Shown here: positions 11,461-25,200 of the stretch, piece after piece | How the letters are laid out: each line of letters opens with the position of its first letter | How positions within the stretch are numbered: the stretch's first letter is position 1 | NCBI GenBank assembly: GCA_964016885.1 | Contig: OZ024761.1 | Span: forward strand, 16,182,001 to 16,246,000 | From: Eledone cirrhosa | Lineage: Eukaryota | Reading direction: 5' to 3' | Length of the DNA: 64,000 nt | Program-made: the position numbers and the translations under genes | The notes under the pieces: generated by a model | Told to the model about the DNA's origin: nothing | The model's database searches: none | Seen by the model: only the letters and a program-made list of their open reading frames with translations

Positions 11461-12429
11461 GGTTATCTACTGATACTATCTACCAGTCACAACATCTGGC
11501 AGAAAGAGCAACATGAAATAAAGTGTCTTGCTCAAGAACATAACACATCACCCTGTCCGGGAAGTATCACAATTGCGACTTCAATTCTCTAACTGCTAAG
11601 CCACGTGCCTTATTAAGAAAACTTCTGATCAAAGCATGTCACCCGTGAAAAATCACTTTGCAAAATTGGGAATATTTAAAGGATGGGGACATTATGTGGG
11701 ACTGAAGCATCGAACCACAGACTATGCAGCATCTCCTGTTATGCCCCCTGCTGGAACACCTCTGCACAGCATTGGACTTGGCAGAGTTTAATGAGAAAGA
11801 ACAGCAATGTGTTCAGCTGTGGCAGAACCACATCCAGCCAAGCTCTGTAACTGACACTCTTGTGGATATAAGAACCTGTGAAATTCTCATGTTTTTTTCT
11901 CACAGTTTATCCAATGCGCCTGTATTTTCCTTTGACGGTCGGACAAAATTTGAAGGAGCTTTGCCTCTACCCCAATGATGTGATGTGTGGCCGATTGTCG
12001 TACTGGGGAGGGGGGGGGGGGGTGAATTGCACACCCCTTTCTCTTTTTGCGCTTATATTTGTATATATTATATGTTAGTGTTTTCGTTTTGTAAGCATTT
12101 GGCAGTATCAGTAGAGAGTCGGACGCCATGCTTTCCAGCATAGTTACGTCTTTTTACGGACTGAGTTCAAATCCCGCCGAGGTTAACTTTGCCTTTCATC
12201 CTTACGGGGTCGATAAAATAAAGTACCAGTAATGTACTGAGTAATTGCTGGCCTTGTGCCAAAAGTAGAAACAATTATGTTATTATATTTTTATACAACT
12301 GTGAATAAAAGACGATCATTGTATATGCAAACAAAAATTACAATAGCTAGCTAGATTAACCGGACTGATGAAAGGAGGGGAATTTCCTTGAGTGGTACAC
12401 TTTCAATATATGTACGTTCAGTGGGAATA

Positions 12430-12490
12430 AATACACTTCCGGAAGTGATGTCAGCGCAGATTTCGGCTGCTTCATTGAATCCGGAAGTTA
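12430..12490. promoter_or_regulatory. Probable core promoter of the FAM234-like gene with ETS/GABP-type sites
   Basis: Palindrome CACTTCCGGAAGTG (12434-12447) plus CCGGAAGT (12481-12488) in locally CpG-richer, repeat-free sequence just upstream of exon 1. Confidence 0.65.
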
Positions 12491-12801
12491 CTATCGTTCA
12501 ACATATAGAATATCCTAACAAACTTTGTCGCTTTGTTTAGTCTTTCGATCCGACGTCTCTGTGTCTTGCTTGTTTTTTGCTTTTTCATTGTGCTCGGCCC
12601 AACAAATGCTACCTTCGGCCTGTTTACTCTACTCACGACCGGGCTTGTGCCATTATCATCATCTCAACTGATCTATCTGCCTATTTATTTATTTCACTCC
12701 CTTCTAAACATATACATCTTCGTCTGTTTGTATACATATATACACACCTATATACATCGTCTGTATAGACTATATATATATATCCTGTTATCTGTCGCTC
12801 T

Positions 12802-12817
12802 ATGCAGAAATTTCGAA
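12802..12817 (+). CDS. FAM234B: FAM234-like coding exon 1 (MQKFR + 1 nt)
   Basis: ATG CAG AAA TTT CGA A followed by a strong GTGAGT donor at 12818. Phase 1 matches exon 2. Lies ~350 bp downstream of the ETS motifs. Confidence 0.7.
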
Positions 12818-13053
12818 GTGAGTATATTTTTAAATCCTCTTTCGTTTTCTTAACTTTGTTTCCTTATGTAAAGGAACGTCACATTAATAAGATCCTCCAC
12901 GCCCAAACTGTCTTTTTAAATCAATTTCTTTCTTTCCCTTCCCCATCTGTCTAATTCTCTCCCTCTCACTGTTTCTTTTAACATGACTGACCAGTTTGTT
13001 ATGCTAATCCAATCTTGTCCCAACACTCTTCTCGTTGTTTCGGTCCCATACAC

Positions 13054-13084
<31 letters not shown>

Positions 13085-13184
13085 TGTAAAATGCCGACCA
13101 CGGCACCGCCAAGCGGTTTCGGCTTGTGTGGTCAAGCAACCCTTTTCAATGGTGACAAGTGGATACCCCGATCTCAGCACCACC

Positions 13185-13252
<68 letters not shown>

Positions 13253-16200
13253 CGAGGCCATATTCATTTGGTTTTGGTTTATTAAAATCAGTAATATACA
13301 GTTCACTGAGGACTGTCAGTTATGACAACCTGAGCTTCTCAAACGGTAAACCGTGTCATATGTTTGGCGTTTTGATTTATATGAATATAGATAAGAATAA
13401 ACATTTATTGATTTATTTTCCATCTTTGATTGCCCGGGACTCTGTGTTTGGCTACCAGTGCCTAATTTAAAGGCGATTCTCAGAGTCAGTCCGAAGAAAG
13501 GAAATTTAGAACAAGTTCGATTTGGGAATAGGTATGATTCATTTTTATTTGTCGTCTCACTACTATGGTCTCCGCAATAGTCAAGCAGTCCTGTCTATTA
13601 TTCTCTACGAGAAGGGATCCTCGTGGATCGACAGAGTCTATGGAGCATCGGACAAATCTAATGAGCCTGAAGGCTCACCAGGCCAGTACTTATCCCGGTT
13701 CCTGTGGTATGAGGCAACTGAGAGTACATGACCCGCTCCCCTCCCGTTGGACAGGAAGCCAGTCCATCGCAGGGTTAAATTAATCAGCTGAGTACACTGG
13801 TGCAACGTGAATTGAAGTCTTTTGCTCAAGAACACAACACACAACCCAGTCTAGGAATCGAACCCACAACATTTATGATCTTAAGTCCAACATCCTTACC
13901 ACTTGACCATGCGCTTCCACTTGGACAAATAAATGCTTAGTAATATTTGTTCCGGCTCTTTATGTTCTGAGTTCAAATCACGCCATGGTCTCAGCTTTGC
14001 ATTTCATCCAGTGAAATACGGGAGTCGATAAATTCGATCTCCCCTCCCCCAAATTTGCTGACCTTGTGCCTTAATTAGAAATCGTTATTCTCAGCACACA
14101 GAGAACGAGAAGGATTTTCTTAGGTATTTCTATTTTTTACGATTACACCAGTCTTGCATTGGTAGTAAAATCGAATAGGCTATGTAGCCGGTAAACCCTA
14201 AAGGGACACAACACACATCGCTATTGCGTTTCACCAGCCCCTTCCTTCTGTTGTCTGTATCTGTTTATGTTTTTACGTGTAGATGTGTGTGTGTAACTAA
14301 AGTGTAACGTATGTTACGAATGGACGACTAAATGATTTTAACTTGTTTTTTTGTTTTTTTTAACAATTGATGGTGGAAAAGATTTCAAATTGTCTTAACT
14401 CGGGTCGCATCTCATGGTGTCCGACACTCTTACCGGCTATATAGCCTCTTCCAAAATATGTTTATCCGATGGTTTTTTTAATCTGTTTTGAACGAATATG
14501 GCCTTCAAGACCCGCAAGAAATTATTCGTTTTTGTTTTAGTTACCTGGGGAATACCTTTTGGTCACTAGGTGTACTCGATAAGGTTTGGCCTGGGGTTAA
14601 ACAACAGAAACTAAGTCTTTTCTAACACTTACACAGACAGCCGCGACGTGACCACCCCGTCTCTTCTCTCTCTGTCACACACAACCGTGACCCTCTTGTC
14701 TCTACTCACGCTTACACATACAAACATGCACGCAACAGTGACCATTCACGCACACACACACACAACCTAGGCATTCCTTTTAGTGTTGGTGGTTGTGGCA
14801 GTGGTGGTGGTGGTAATAGTAGTAGTGGGGTGATGGTAAAAGTATTAGTGGTGGTGTTTGTGGTAATTGTGATTGTAGTGGTGGTGGTGGTTGATGTGTT
14901 AGCGGTGGTGGTTGTACAGAGTGACTAATATTTCGACGATTTGAAGGTGGGGTTGTTTTGCTCAAGCTATGAACAAAATGAAACAACAACAATGGTCACT
15001 GTTTGTGTTATTGTTTAGCCCCAGGTCAGCTCTGACCAAGCAGACCTATCTATGATAGCCCCTATTTAATCCTTTAGTCAGAATTCTCTCACCTCTTTCT
15101 GTTCAAACCAGCTGCTCATACTTATATTAAGGTATTGTTCTCAAAGTAAATAATATCAAAATCTCATAGATTCGATATTATGTTGGATAATTATGTGAGG
15201 TAAAGCTTTTACTGTGAAAATATAATAGTAAATATAGAATAATTGTTTCTACTTTAGGCACAAGGCCAGCAATTACCCAGTGGATTACTGGTACTTTATT
15301 TTATCGACCCCGTAAGGATGAAAGGCAAAGTCAACCTCGGCGGGATTTGAACTCAGATCGTAAAGGGACGTAACTATGCTGGAAAGCATGGCGTCCGACC
15401 TTTTACCGATACTGCCAATCCACCAGTAAATATAGAATAATGTAAATGCTAAAGGGTTAAATTTAAAGTTTTTAAAATGGATGATTTTATTTCAGAACTA
15501 GAGTTGGTTTGGGCTAGGCTGGTATCAAAAGAGTTAAACCACTTTACTTTTTCTACTTTCCAGGAAACAGCCGTGACAATCATGCCTACGCTCCGTTAAG
15601 ACAGAACATCAGCGATGATGATGATGATGATGAAGATAAAATCCTCTTTGACCAAAATCCGACTATCAGCTCGACTTCTCGGAACGGTTCCAAGAGATTT
15701 GGCAAGGATGTCATAGAGTTGGAGAATTTACAAGGCAGTCGCATAAGATTGCGAGGTCACCACCGACAATCTCAAGCTGCCGTCTGTCACAGAGGCTGTC
15801 CCACTAGAAAGCAATGGTGTATACTCATTGCCATCACTCTCATCATCATATTTGCCACTGCTGGCTATATGTTCATGCCCAGTCATTCTCATCACACTAC
15901 ATCATCTGATTGGAGTCACAGTTTTGGCAACTATAGTAAGGAGACTTTAAACATTCTCTTGTTTATTTCATGATGTTGTTTCATACATTTTATCACAGCT
16001 TTACTGTCTTACTGTGTCACAATATTGCTGTCACACTGTATCACAACATTATTGTCACAGTGTTGCTGTCACATTATTGCTGTTACATTGTGTCACAATA
16101 TTGTTGTGATACATTTCATATCTCCACCCACTCCCACATTTCATATTATCTCCAGCCCCTTAACTAACCCATCCCACATTTCATATTATCTCTAACCCCT

Positions 16201-19200
16201 TAACTGACCATTCCCACATTTCATATCTCCAACCCCTTAACTGACCACTCCCACATTTCATATCTCCAACCCCTTAACTAACCACTCCCACATTTCATAT
16301 CTCCAACCCCTTAACTAACCACTCCCACATTTCATATTATCTCTAACCCCTTAACTGATCATTCCCACATTTCATATCTCCACCCCCTCAACTAACCACT
16401 CCCACATTTCATATTATCTCTAACCCCTTAACTGACCATTCCCACATTTCATATCTCCAACCCCTCAACTAACCACTCCCACATTTCATATTATCTCCAC
16501 CCCCTCAACTAACCACTCCCACATTTCATATTATCTCTAACCCCTTAACTGACCATTCCCACATTTCATATCTCCAACCCCTCAACTAACCACTCCCACA
16601 TTTCATATTATCTCCACCCCCTCAACTAACCACTCCCACATTTCATATTATCTCTAACCCCTTAACTGACCATTCCCACATTTCATATCTCCAACCCGTC
16701 AACTAACCACTCCCACATTTCATATCTCTACCGCTTCAACTAACCACTCTCACATTTCATATTATCTCCACCCCCTCAACTGACCACTCATATATATCTA
16801 TATCTATATCTGTTATTCTTATTCTAACCAGTCAGTGATTCATGTATTCGGCTGGTTGACGTTGACAAAGATGGCCAGCTAGACATTCTTGTCAGTTTGA
16901 CCACACCAGACTACGAAAATGGCAACACCACCAACCTTAAAGAATCCTGCAACGCGAAAGGTGAGTTTTCAAGCTCTGCCAACATCAATTTAATCTAGAG
17001 AGCCTATATGTTCGTCTGCACTTATTTGCACAATCATGTGCGTACACCCACAAACAAAGGTGCATACATACCCATGCCCCTGGAGATATAGATAGTTATC
17101 TGTTTATAGAGGTGAGGTGCATTCATCACCATCATCATCATCATCGCGTCCGCTTTTCCCTGCTTGCAAGGGTGGGACGGGAACTGATTTTGGCTTGATT
17201 TCTACAGCTGGATGCCCTTCCTAACACCAACCTCATTTACAGTGAGTGCTGGGTGCTTTTTTTTGCTGTGGCGCCTACACGTCCACTTTACAGCGTGGGC
17301 TGGGTGCTTTTTTGCCGTGGCACCTCCATGACCACTTTGCAGTGGAATAATAGGGACCCCCAGTCCCTATCATCTCATTTCTCCAGCTGAGTAAACTGGA
17401 GCAATGTGAAATAAAGTGTCTTGCTCAAGGAAACAACACATCACCCGGTCTGAGAATTGAACTCACAACCTTTTGATTGCAAGGCCAATGCTCTAACCAC
17501 TAAGCCATGTGCCTCCATGGCACATAAGTCCATGTATATCTTCACATATCTTCACATACATATTTATCATTGGCAAATAAATACTGCTCGATGTGCCGAC
17601 AGGCGTGGCAGAACCTAAGACTAAGACAAATAGGCTGTACAGTTATTATGGTATAGATTGTTATATTATTATATGTTTTTCTCTTCTTATATTTTCTTGT
17701 CTTCTTTTTCACTGTTTCTTCTTCTCCTTCTCCTTCTCCTTCTTCTGCTTCTTCTCCTCCTCCTCCCCCCTCCTCCTCTTCTTTCTCCTCCTCCTCCTCC
17801 TCCACCTCCTCCCCCTTTTCTTCTTCTTCTTCTTCTTCTTCTTCTTCTTCTTCTTTTTCTTCTTCTTCTTCTTCTTCTTCTCGTTCTTCTTCTTCTCGTT
17901 CTTCTTCTGCTTCTCCTCCTCCTCCTTCTTCTTCTTCTTCTGCTCCTCCTCCTCCTTCTCCTTCTTCTCATTCTTCTTCTCGTTCTTCTTCTGCTCCTCC
18001 TCCCTCTTCTTCTTCTCCTCCTCATCCTCCTCCCTCTTCTTCTTCTCCTCCTCCTCCTCCTCCTCCCTCTTCTTCTTCTTCTGTTTCTCCTCCTCCCACT
18101 CCTCCTCACCCTCCTCCTCCTTCTTCTTCTTCTTCTTCTTCTCCTCACTTATTCCTGGCAGGGTCCTGTCAGAAGCAACCATCTCCAACTGATCCAGCTG
18201 GACCCCCCCCCCCCCAAACTAGACTCCTCCTCCTCTCCTGGAGTCAATACTAGAAGGGTTGTCATGTCCTTAGCCTGACAGGAAAGTTTTCTCTGCCTTT
18301 TCTGGCACAAATGCCTATCACTTTACAGAGTCTACTGGATGCATTTCGTGATGGCATCAGCACTAGAGAGGTTGTCATGTTTTTGGTTATTTCCTTTCTA
18401 CTTTGACAGGACTGCCCTATCCGTGTGCTGGTCAACTACTTGCAATACGTGGTCGTGATGGTCAGCAGTTGTGGGAACTGCCTACCAAATCCAGTATACT
18501 CTCCATACATTGTAATGAGCTGGACGCTGATCATGATGGTCTCCATGACTGCCTGATTAGTGGTTATCATGCAACACTACAAGCTATCAATCCTCGCAGT
18601 GGTAAGTCTACTGTTTTTCCATCTGTCTCTCTATGAAAGCCTTTTTAAAATATTTTTTAAGCCTTTCAATATACTATACCATAACCCTTTAGCACCTCTT
18701 TCTGTTTAAACCAGTTGTAACTGGCCGCGCATACTGATGTTAAGGTATTGTTCTCAAAATAAATAACTATTGTTTCAGCCCACAGCTGTGTAGGTTTAAC
18801 TGATCTCCTTTTTGGTTGCATCTCACTAGGGTTTCTTGGGTGTTTTAACTGTTTTCAAACACATTTCTAATGAAATACACCCTATTTCAATTATTTAGTG
18901 AAGAATTTTGAGGGATTTACTAAAATGATCAATTATTTATCACTAAGGTTGTTGTATAAAATTATGCTGGAAGATTTTAATTTAAATAGAAGTCCTTTTA
19001 AAATAAGTGGGTTTGTTTCATAGAACCAAAGCCAGTTTTTGGCAGGTTGCAGATCCCACTTAAACAAGTCTGCTGGTCTTCTATGAGGTTGTAAATCATA
19101 GTTGGTTTCACAGAGGTTTTAAACTTTTAAGCCTTTTGTAATTGTATTCCTATTGAAATATACTTTATTTCAATTACTTAACGAAGATTTTGGGAGAGTT

Positions 19201-22200
19201 ACTAAAATTATCAATCATTACATCACTAAGATAGTAACTTAATATATAATTCTCATATAAAATATGTTGGAAGATTTTAATTTAAATAGGAATCCTTTAA
19301 AATGAGTGGGTTTCACTTCATAGTACTGGATACAGTTTGGCCAGGCTGGTATAACCATCATAGTTTTTACATCAACTTTTTCCATGCTTTCATAGCTTAG
19401 ACGAGCTGTCACAGTCATACTGAGGTTTGACGGATAAAGTGACGATGTCTTGCTCATACACTCTGTTTTTGGCCTGGTTTTCACCAGCTGGATGCTCTTC
19501 CTAACACCAACCCCTTTATGGTGTGTAGTGGGAGCATTTTATTATGACTCTGGCACTACTACCATACAGGATGGATTTGGTGCATTTTGTTGTGGCACCA
19601 ACACTATCACAATACAGTGTGGACTAACTGCTTTTTATTGTAACACAAGCATTACCACTTTCAAAGTGTTACTGGATACTTTAATCATGGTGCCAGCACT
19701 ATCACTTTACAAAGTGCACTGGATGTTTTTATCATGGCATCAGCACTACCTAGAGTGGGCTGAATGCATTTTATCATAGCACCAGCACTACCACTTTATA
19801 GAATGGGCTGGATGCTTTTATTGTTGCCCCAGCATTATGTCATTGCAATGCTAGTTGCTGGAATATATTGAATGTGTATCCAGTTTAGAATACATTGCCT
19901 CAAAATAGATCATATAAAAGAGGATGAAGCCTATTATGAGTCCCACAAGGCTAAATGGACTTAAACATTTTATTTGGAATATAACTTATCATTTTAGAAG
20001 AACTTCTGTTAAGTTAGATAGCTATAACTATTTTAACCTTTTTGCTATCATATTTCTAATGAAAGACACTACCTGTGATTTTCAAATCATTTTAAAAATA
20101 AGCAAGAATTTGAAAAGGTTTAGCAATATAACTAACTGACTTCCTCTTTATTAATCTGGTGTTTGGAACATAACTTAACAAACGTGCCTACATAAAATTA
20201 TTGTATCCTAGAACCAAGGGTGGTCTCAGGTGGTTTTTGGTATCAAATACTTTTTGTGTTGTGTTTTCTGTATTCTCATTATTAAGCTGTTGTTTGGAAC
20301 ATAACTTAACTAAGGTTCTTACATAGAATTATGATGGAAGATCTTTTTAGATAGATGTAAACTCTTTAAAATCAACAGCCTTGCATCATAGAACCAGGGG
20401 TGGTCTTAGGTGGTTTGGTATCAAAAGCTTGTGTTGCGTATTCTGTTGACTAAATGTTGTTTAAAGTTTTAAAAAAAATTAATTTGTCTGTCTGTGTCTA
20501 TTTCAATTTTGTCTTGGAGGTGTTGTGATATGGTCAGCAGACTCAAAATATCTAATTGACCACTGGCACATCTACCAAGTCCTCGTGGTACCTGATGTTA
20601 ACCAAGACAATATAGATGATGTCCTTATTTTACATAGTCACTATTGCTGGGATGATGATTTTGTGAGTATTTTACTGTTTACTATGGAGAATTTGCGAAG
20701 GCACATGGCTAGTGTCGGATTCACAATCGTGAGGTTCTGAGTTCGATTCCAAAACCGGTTGATGTTTTGTGTTTTTGAGCAAGACACTTTATTTCCCATT
20801 GCTACAGTTAACCCTTTAATGTTCAAACCGGCCAAAACCGGCCAGAATTCTCTACCTTTTTCTGTTGAAACTGGCTGTAACTGGTAACTCAAACTGATGT
20901 TAAGGTATTGTTCTCAAAATAAATACTTTCAAAATCTCAGATTCGATATTATGTGAGATAATTATGCAAGGTAAAGCCTTTACCATGAAAATATAATAGT
21001 ATATATAGAGTAATGTGAATGCTAAAGGGTTAACTCAGTTATAGAAATGAGTTGCGACGTCACTGGTGTGAAGCTGTATTGGTTTTTACCTTTCCCTTGG
21101 ACAACATCAGTGGGGTGGAGAGTGGAGGACTATGTAGCGATGCTACTTGCTTGGCGTATTTATAGGCTATTTATATTCTGTAAAGTGCGTGATTTGGCTA
21201 AGTCAGGCCAATCGTAAGCTGTGCACGGATATACATTTAACGAAGACCTTTAGGTGTCACCCAAGGTTCAAGGCATGGACAGATCTCGCTACATATATTC
21301 CAACTTCTGCCCAAACAAAGATTTTCCCGCTTCTTTCATATATACTCTCTCTTTCTTGCTGCTTGGACTTTGAAAGGAAAAGACATTATTATGTAACGGT
21401 GAGATCTTCACTTTGGCCTGTCGGCCTCCTTAGGCTGGGCACAATGCCACATTCACTTCTTAACTCTTAATTTGTTTATTCCTTTGTTTGACATGTCAAC
21501 TCAACTTAATTAGTTGTGAATAAAAACATGTAAAAATGTTATCGAAGACTTTACGACTATATCAACAAATATTAACTTTTGGCTAACATTGCCACATAAC
21601 AAAACCATACTTTTCCTGCTACAACAAAAATACATATTATTATTATTATTATAAATTATTATTTTTCTTTGGCAGTATCGGTAGAGGGTCGGACGCCATG
21701 CTTTCCAGCATAGTTACGTCCCTTTACGATCTGAGTTCAAATCCCGCCGAGGTTGACTTTGCCTTTCATCCTTACGGGGTCGATAAAATAAAGTACCAGT
21801 AATGCACTGGGTAATTGCTGGCCTTGTGCATAAAGTAGAAACAATTATTATTCTGCTAAACTGGTGACCCCGACATGGGAATATTTCCATACGAAATATT
21901 CCTAGATATTTCAAAAACTGGTATGCACGGGTGACTGCTGGTCTTCCACAAAAATACTTTGCTTGGATTTGTGCCTCAGAAGGTAAACTTTCTAGGTTCA
22001 AATCCCACAATCATATGTACTCAGGTGGAAACATTAAAGAGACCTTATAGCACTATTTCATATTCTGTAGAGTGTAGCTTAAAATTGATCTATGTAATCA
22101 ATCATCGAAGAAATCAATCAATATAATCAATCATCAAAGACAAACTATCGATTCTAATTAAACCACAGGAGACTCATATATATATATATATATATACATA

Positions 22201-25200
22201 CACACACACATATTTTATATCTTGAATATATTCAGTTGTACATAAATAAATGTACACTCTACATAAATCTTTCTGTTTCCTGTTGCAGTCTTCTTCTGAA
22301 GATGCTGGTCGTTTCCTGCTGTTTTCTGGGGCCACTGGTCAATCCCTCGGGACCTTTGTAAATGCTACTTCGAAGAACCAATGTATCGACAAGAATCTTG
22401 TCCTCTACAAGTCATCAGATAACAACCTGAACATTCTCTTTAGCGGGGGCCAGCAACCTTTACCAGGTATTTATTTATCTATTTCCTCTTGGGTCCCTAA
22501 TAATCGGGGAGGCTGAGGGTGGGGGGTTGGAATAAGTGGTACTTTTAGAAAATTGGTAATTTTTCTAGGTTGTCTCATTGATTTTTTTTTAAAAACCAGA
22601 ATTATTGGTTTAGTTTACATATTGAGACCCTGAAACCTACCTGTTTATTTTATAATATATGGGATTTCTAGTAATGTATTTTTTGGACCATGTGAATGTT
22701 TTTTTAATGTATAAAGAAACATTTCGCCAGAGAGGGAGTAGCAAAATTTAATGGGAGGAGAGTAAGAACGCGGAGGAGGGGCGGGGGAGTATAGGCCTTT
22801 GCTTTTCTCTTGGACAACATCGGTGGCGTGGAGAGGGGAAACTTGTATGCATGAGCGACTGCTGGTCTTCCACAAACACCTTGCCTGGGCTTGTGTCTCA
22901 AAGGGGAACTTTCCAGATGCAAATCCCAGGTTCATTGATGATTGAAGGAGATGTTTTTACTTTTCATGTATATATATATATACAAACAATAAATGGAAAC
23001 AACAAAGTGAACAACACAGTATAAAGAAGAAATATATTAGTTTAACACTAAATATAGTAAGAAAAGGGTCTTTATGTTTCAGACACTAGTCCTTCATCAG
23101 AAGATAGAATGAGAAATAAAAAATGAAATAGGAAGCTAGAGAGCAAGAAGAGAAAGGAATGGAACTTTTTTTTTATGAAAGTATGTGTGTATCCAGCCAG
23201 CCAATATGTATATATACAAAAGCAAGATGGTAAAGGACAGAACAAAGGAGAGATACAAAATAAGAAATTAGTCGCAGAGCTTTGACAATATATAAACAAC
23301 CATCCGGTTATTGAACTCGCCAACCAGAAATTTATGATAAATTGAAGGGAAATCCAACAGGTGCATGTGTTTTTATTGGCAGCATGACCCTCCCAAAGTG
23401 GTCGTGGAGGTGCCACGGCAAAAAAGCACCCAGCCCACACTGTAAAGTGGACGTGTAGGCGCCACGAAAAAGCACCCAGCGCTCACTGTAAATGAGGTTG
23501 GTGTTAGGAAGGGCATCCAGCTGTAGAAATCAAGCCAGAATCAGTTCCTGTATGAGCAAGGCATGGTCAGCCGACCAGACACTACACACAACAGGACAAC
23601 CCGTCTAACCCATGCTAGCGTGGAAGAACGGACGTAAAACGGTGATGATGATGTTAGTTAGGTGTTTAATTACAGTTACAGGCAGCTACGTTGTTCGAAG
23701 TACTCAATGCTTCATTTGGGTTGTATTCCAGAGTTAAGGCAGCTGTAGTTCACAGAGGGTAAATAGATCAAGAAGAATCGAAATCAGTGTTGCAGCATAA
23801 GTACAAACTTTATTGGCATATTACAATTGCTTTGATTGATATCGATCAGCTCAGAGTGCAATCAAGATGTCGGGGCCCAACTCTTTTTCGACAGCTTGTC
23901 AAAAATAGTTACAACCAAATATTGCTTTTAGAAAATAGGAAGGCATAACTGCGGTACGTGAAGAGATTTTTTGAAATATTTTCTCAGTTTCAGAAGATCC
24001 CGTGTAGGGTGAAAGCAGAATTTCTTTGCTTAAACTTTGATCGGTACTAATAATAAATATTTTTTCTACGGGTTTATATATACATATATATATACATGGA
24101 GGCACATGGCTTAGTGGTTAGAGCATTGGCCTTGCAATCGAAAGGTTGTGAGTTCAATTCTCAGACCGGGTGATGTGTTGTTTCCTTGAGCAAGACACTT
24201 TATTTCACATTGCTCCAGTTTACTCAGCTGTAGAAATGAGATGATAGGGACTGGGGTCCCTATCATTCCACTCCAAAGTGGTCGTGTAGGCGCCACGGAA
24301 AAAAAGCACCCAGCACTCACTGTAAATGAGGTTGGTGTTAGGAAGGGCATCCAGCTGTAGAAATCAAGCCAGAATCAGTTCCCGTCCCACTCTTGCAAGC
24401 AGGGAAAAAGCGGACGTAAAATGAAGGAAAAAATGAATGAAATACAATCCTTATTGAGCCCTCTTTGGATTTTGGTCTTTGTATTTATTATTCCTATATA
24501 TATATATATATGTATATATTTGTACTTACTCTCCACAGGTGCTCTACATCATATACATTGGGATGTTTTAAGAAAACAGATATTGGATCCCAAAGTAGAG
24601 CAAATCACAGACATCAAAACCATCTATGAGTAAGTCCTTAATCTCTTTTGTTATAAGACTACCTGAAACAACCAGTGATTCTATGATACAAAACTCATCA
24701 TCATCATTGTTTAATGTTTGTTTTCCCTGCTAGCAAGTACAGACCTGTCTGTAATCACGTGGAACTCCTCAACTCTCAGACAGGTCAGTGGGATCCTGCA
24801 TCTCGCTTGCATGCTATCCCGTGCTCTACCAAGTGCAATTTTATTGTGGTACCAGCGCTAAGGAGGTTGTCATTCATATCTCCTCCTTTTCTTCTTTTTC
24901 TTCTTCTTGTTTTTCTTCTCGTTCGTCTTCTTCTCCTCCTCCTCCTCCTTTTCTTCTTTTTCTTCTTCTTGTTTTTCTTCTCGTTCGTCTTCTCCTCCTC
25001 CTCCTCCTCCTTTTCTTTTTCTTCTCGTTCGTCTTCTTCTTCTCCTCCTCCTCCTCCTTTTCTTTTTCTTCTTGTTTTTCTTCTCGTTCGTCTTCTTCTC
25101 CTCCTCCTCCTCCGCCTTTTCTTCTTTTTCTTCTTCTCGTTCGTCTTCTTCTTCTACTCCTCCTCCCTCTTCAATTGTAGATCATGTGTTCAATTATTGC

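Noticed and set aside
11650-11835. Host coding exon (QTMQHLLLCPLL...)
   Set aside because: Looks like a decayed LINE C-terminal zinc-knuckle region with an in-frame stop; too short to assign a clade.
12361-12400. CTGATGA-AAGGA/TCCTT motif as a hammerhead or C/D snoRNA near the promoter
   Set aside because: GAAA is replaced by GAGT, and no stem I/III or terminal D-box stem could be built.
17593-18278. Poly-Leu/Phe/Arg/Lys ORFs
   Set aside because: (CTT/CCT)n microsatellite translations. The YI, CV, HT and LSVC-type ORFs across the window are the same kind of artefact.
24098-24170. tRNA gene
   Set aside because: A and B boxes are present, but the sequence continues into a SINE body in many copies: a SINE head, not a tRNA.
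24111-24350. Recurrent 79-aa ORF MPFLTPTSFTVSAG... as a multigene family
   Set aside because: Antisense reading of SINE family A.
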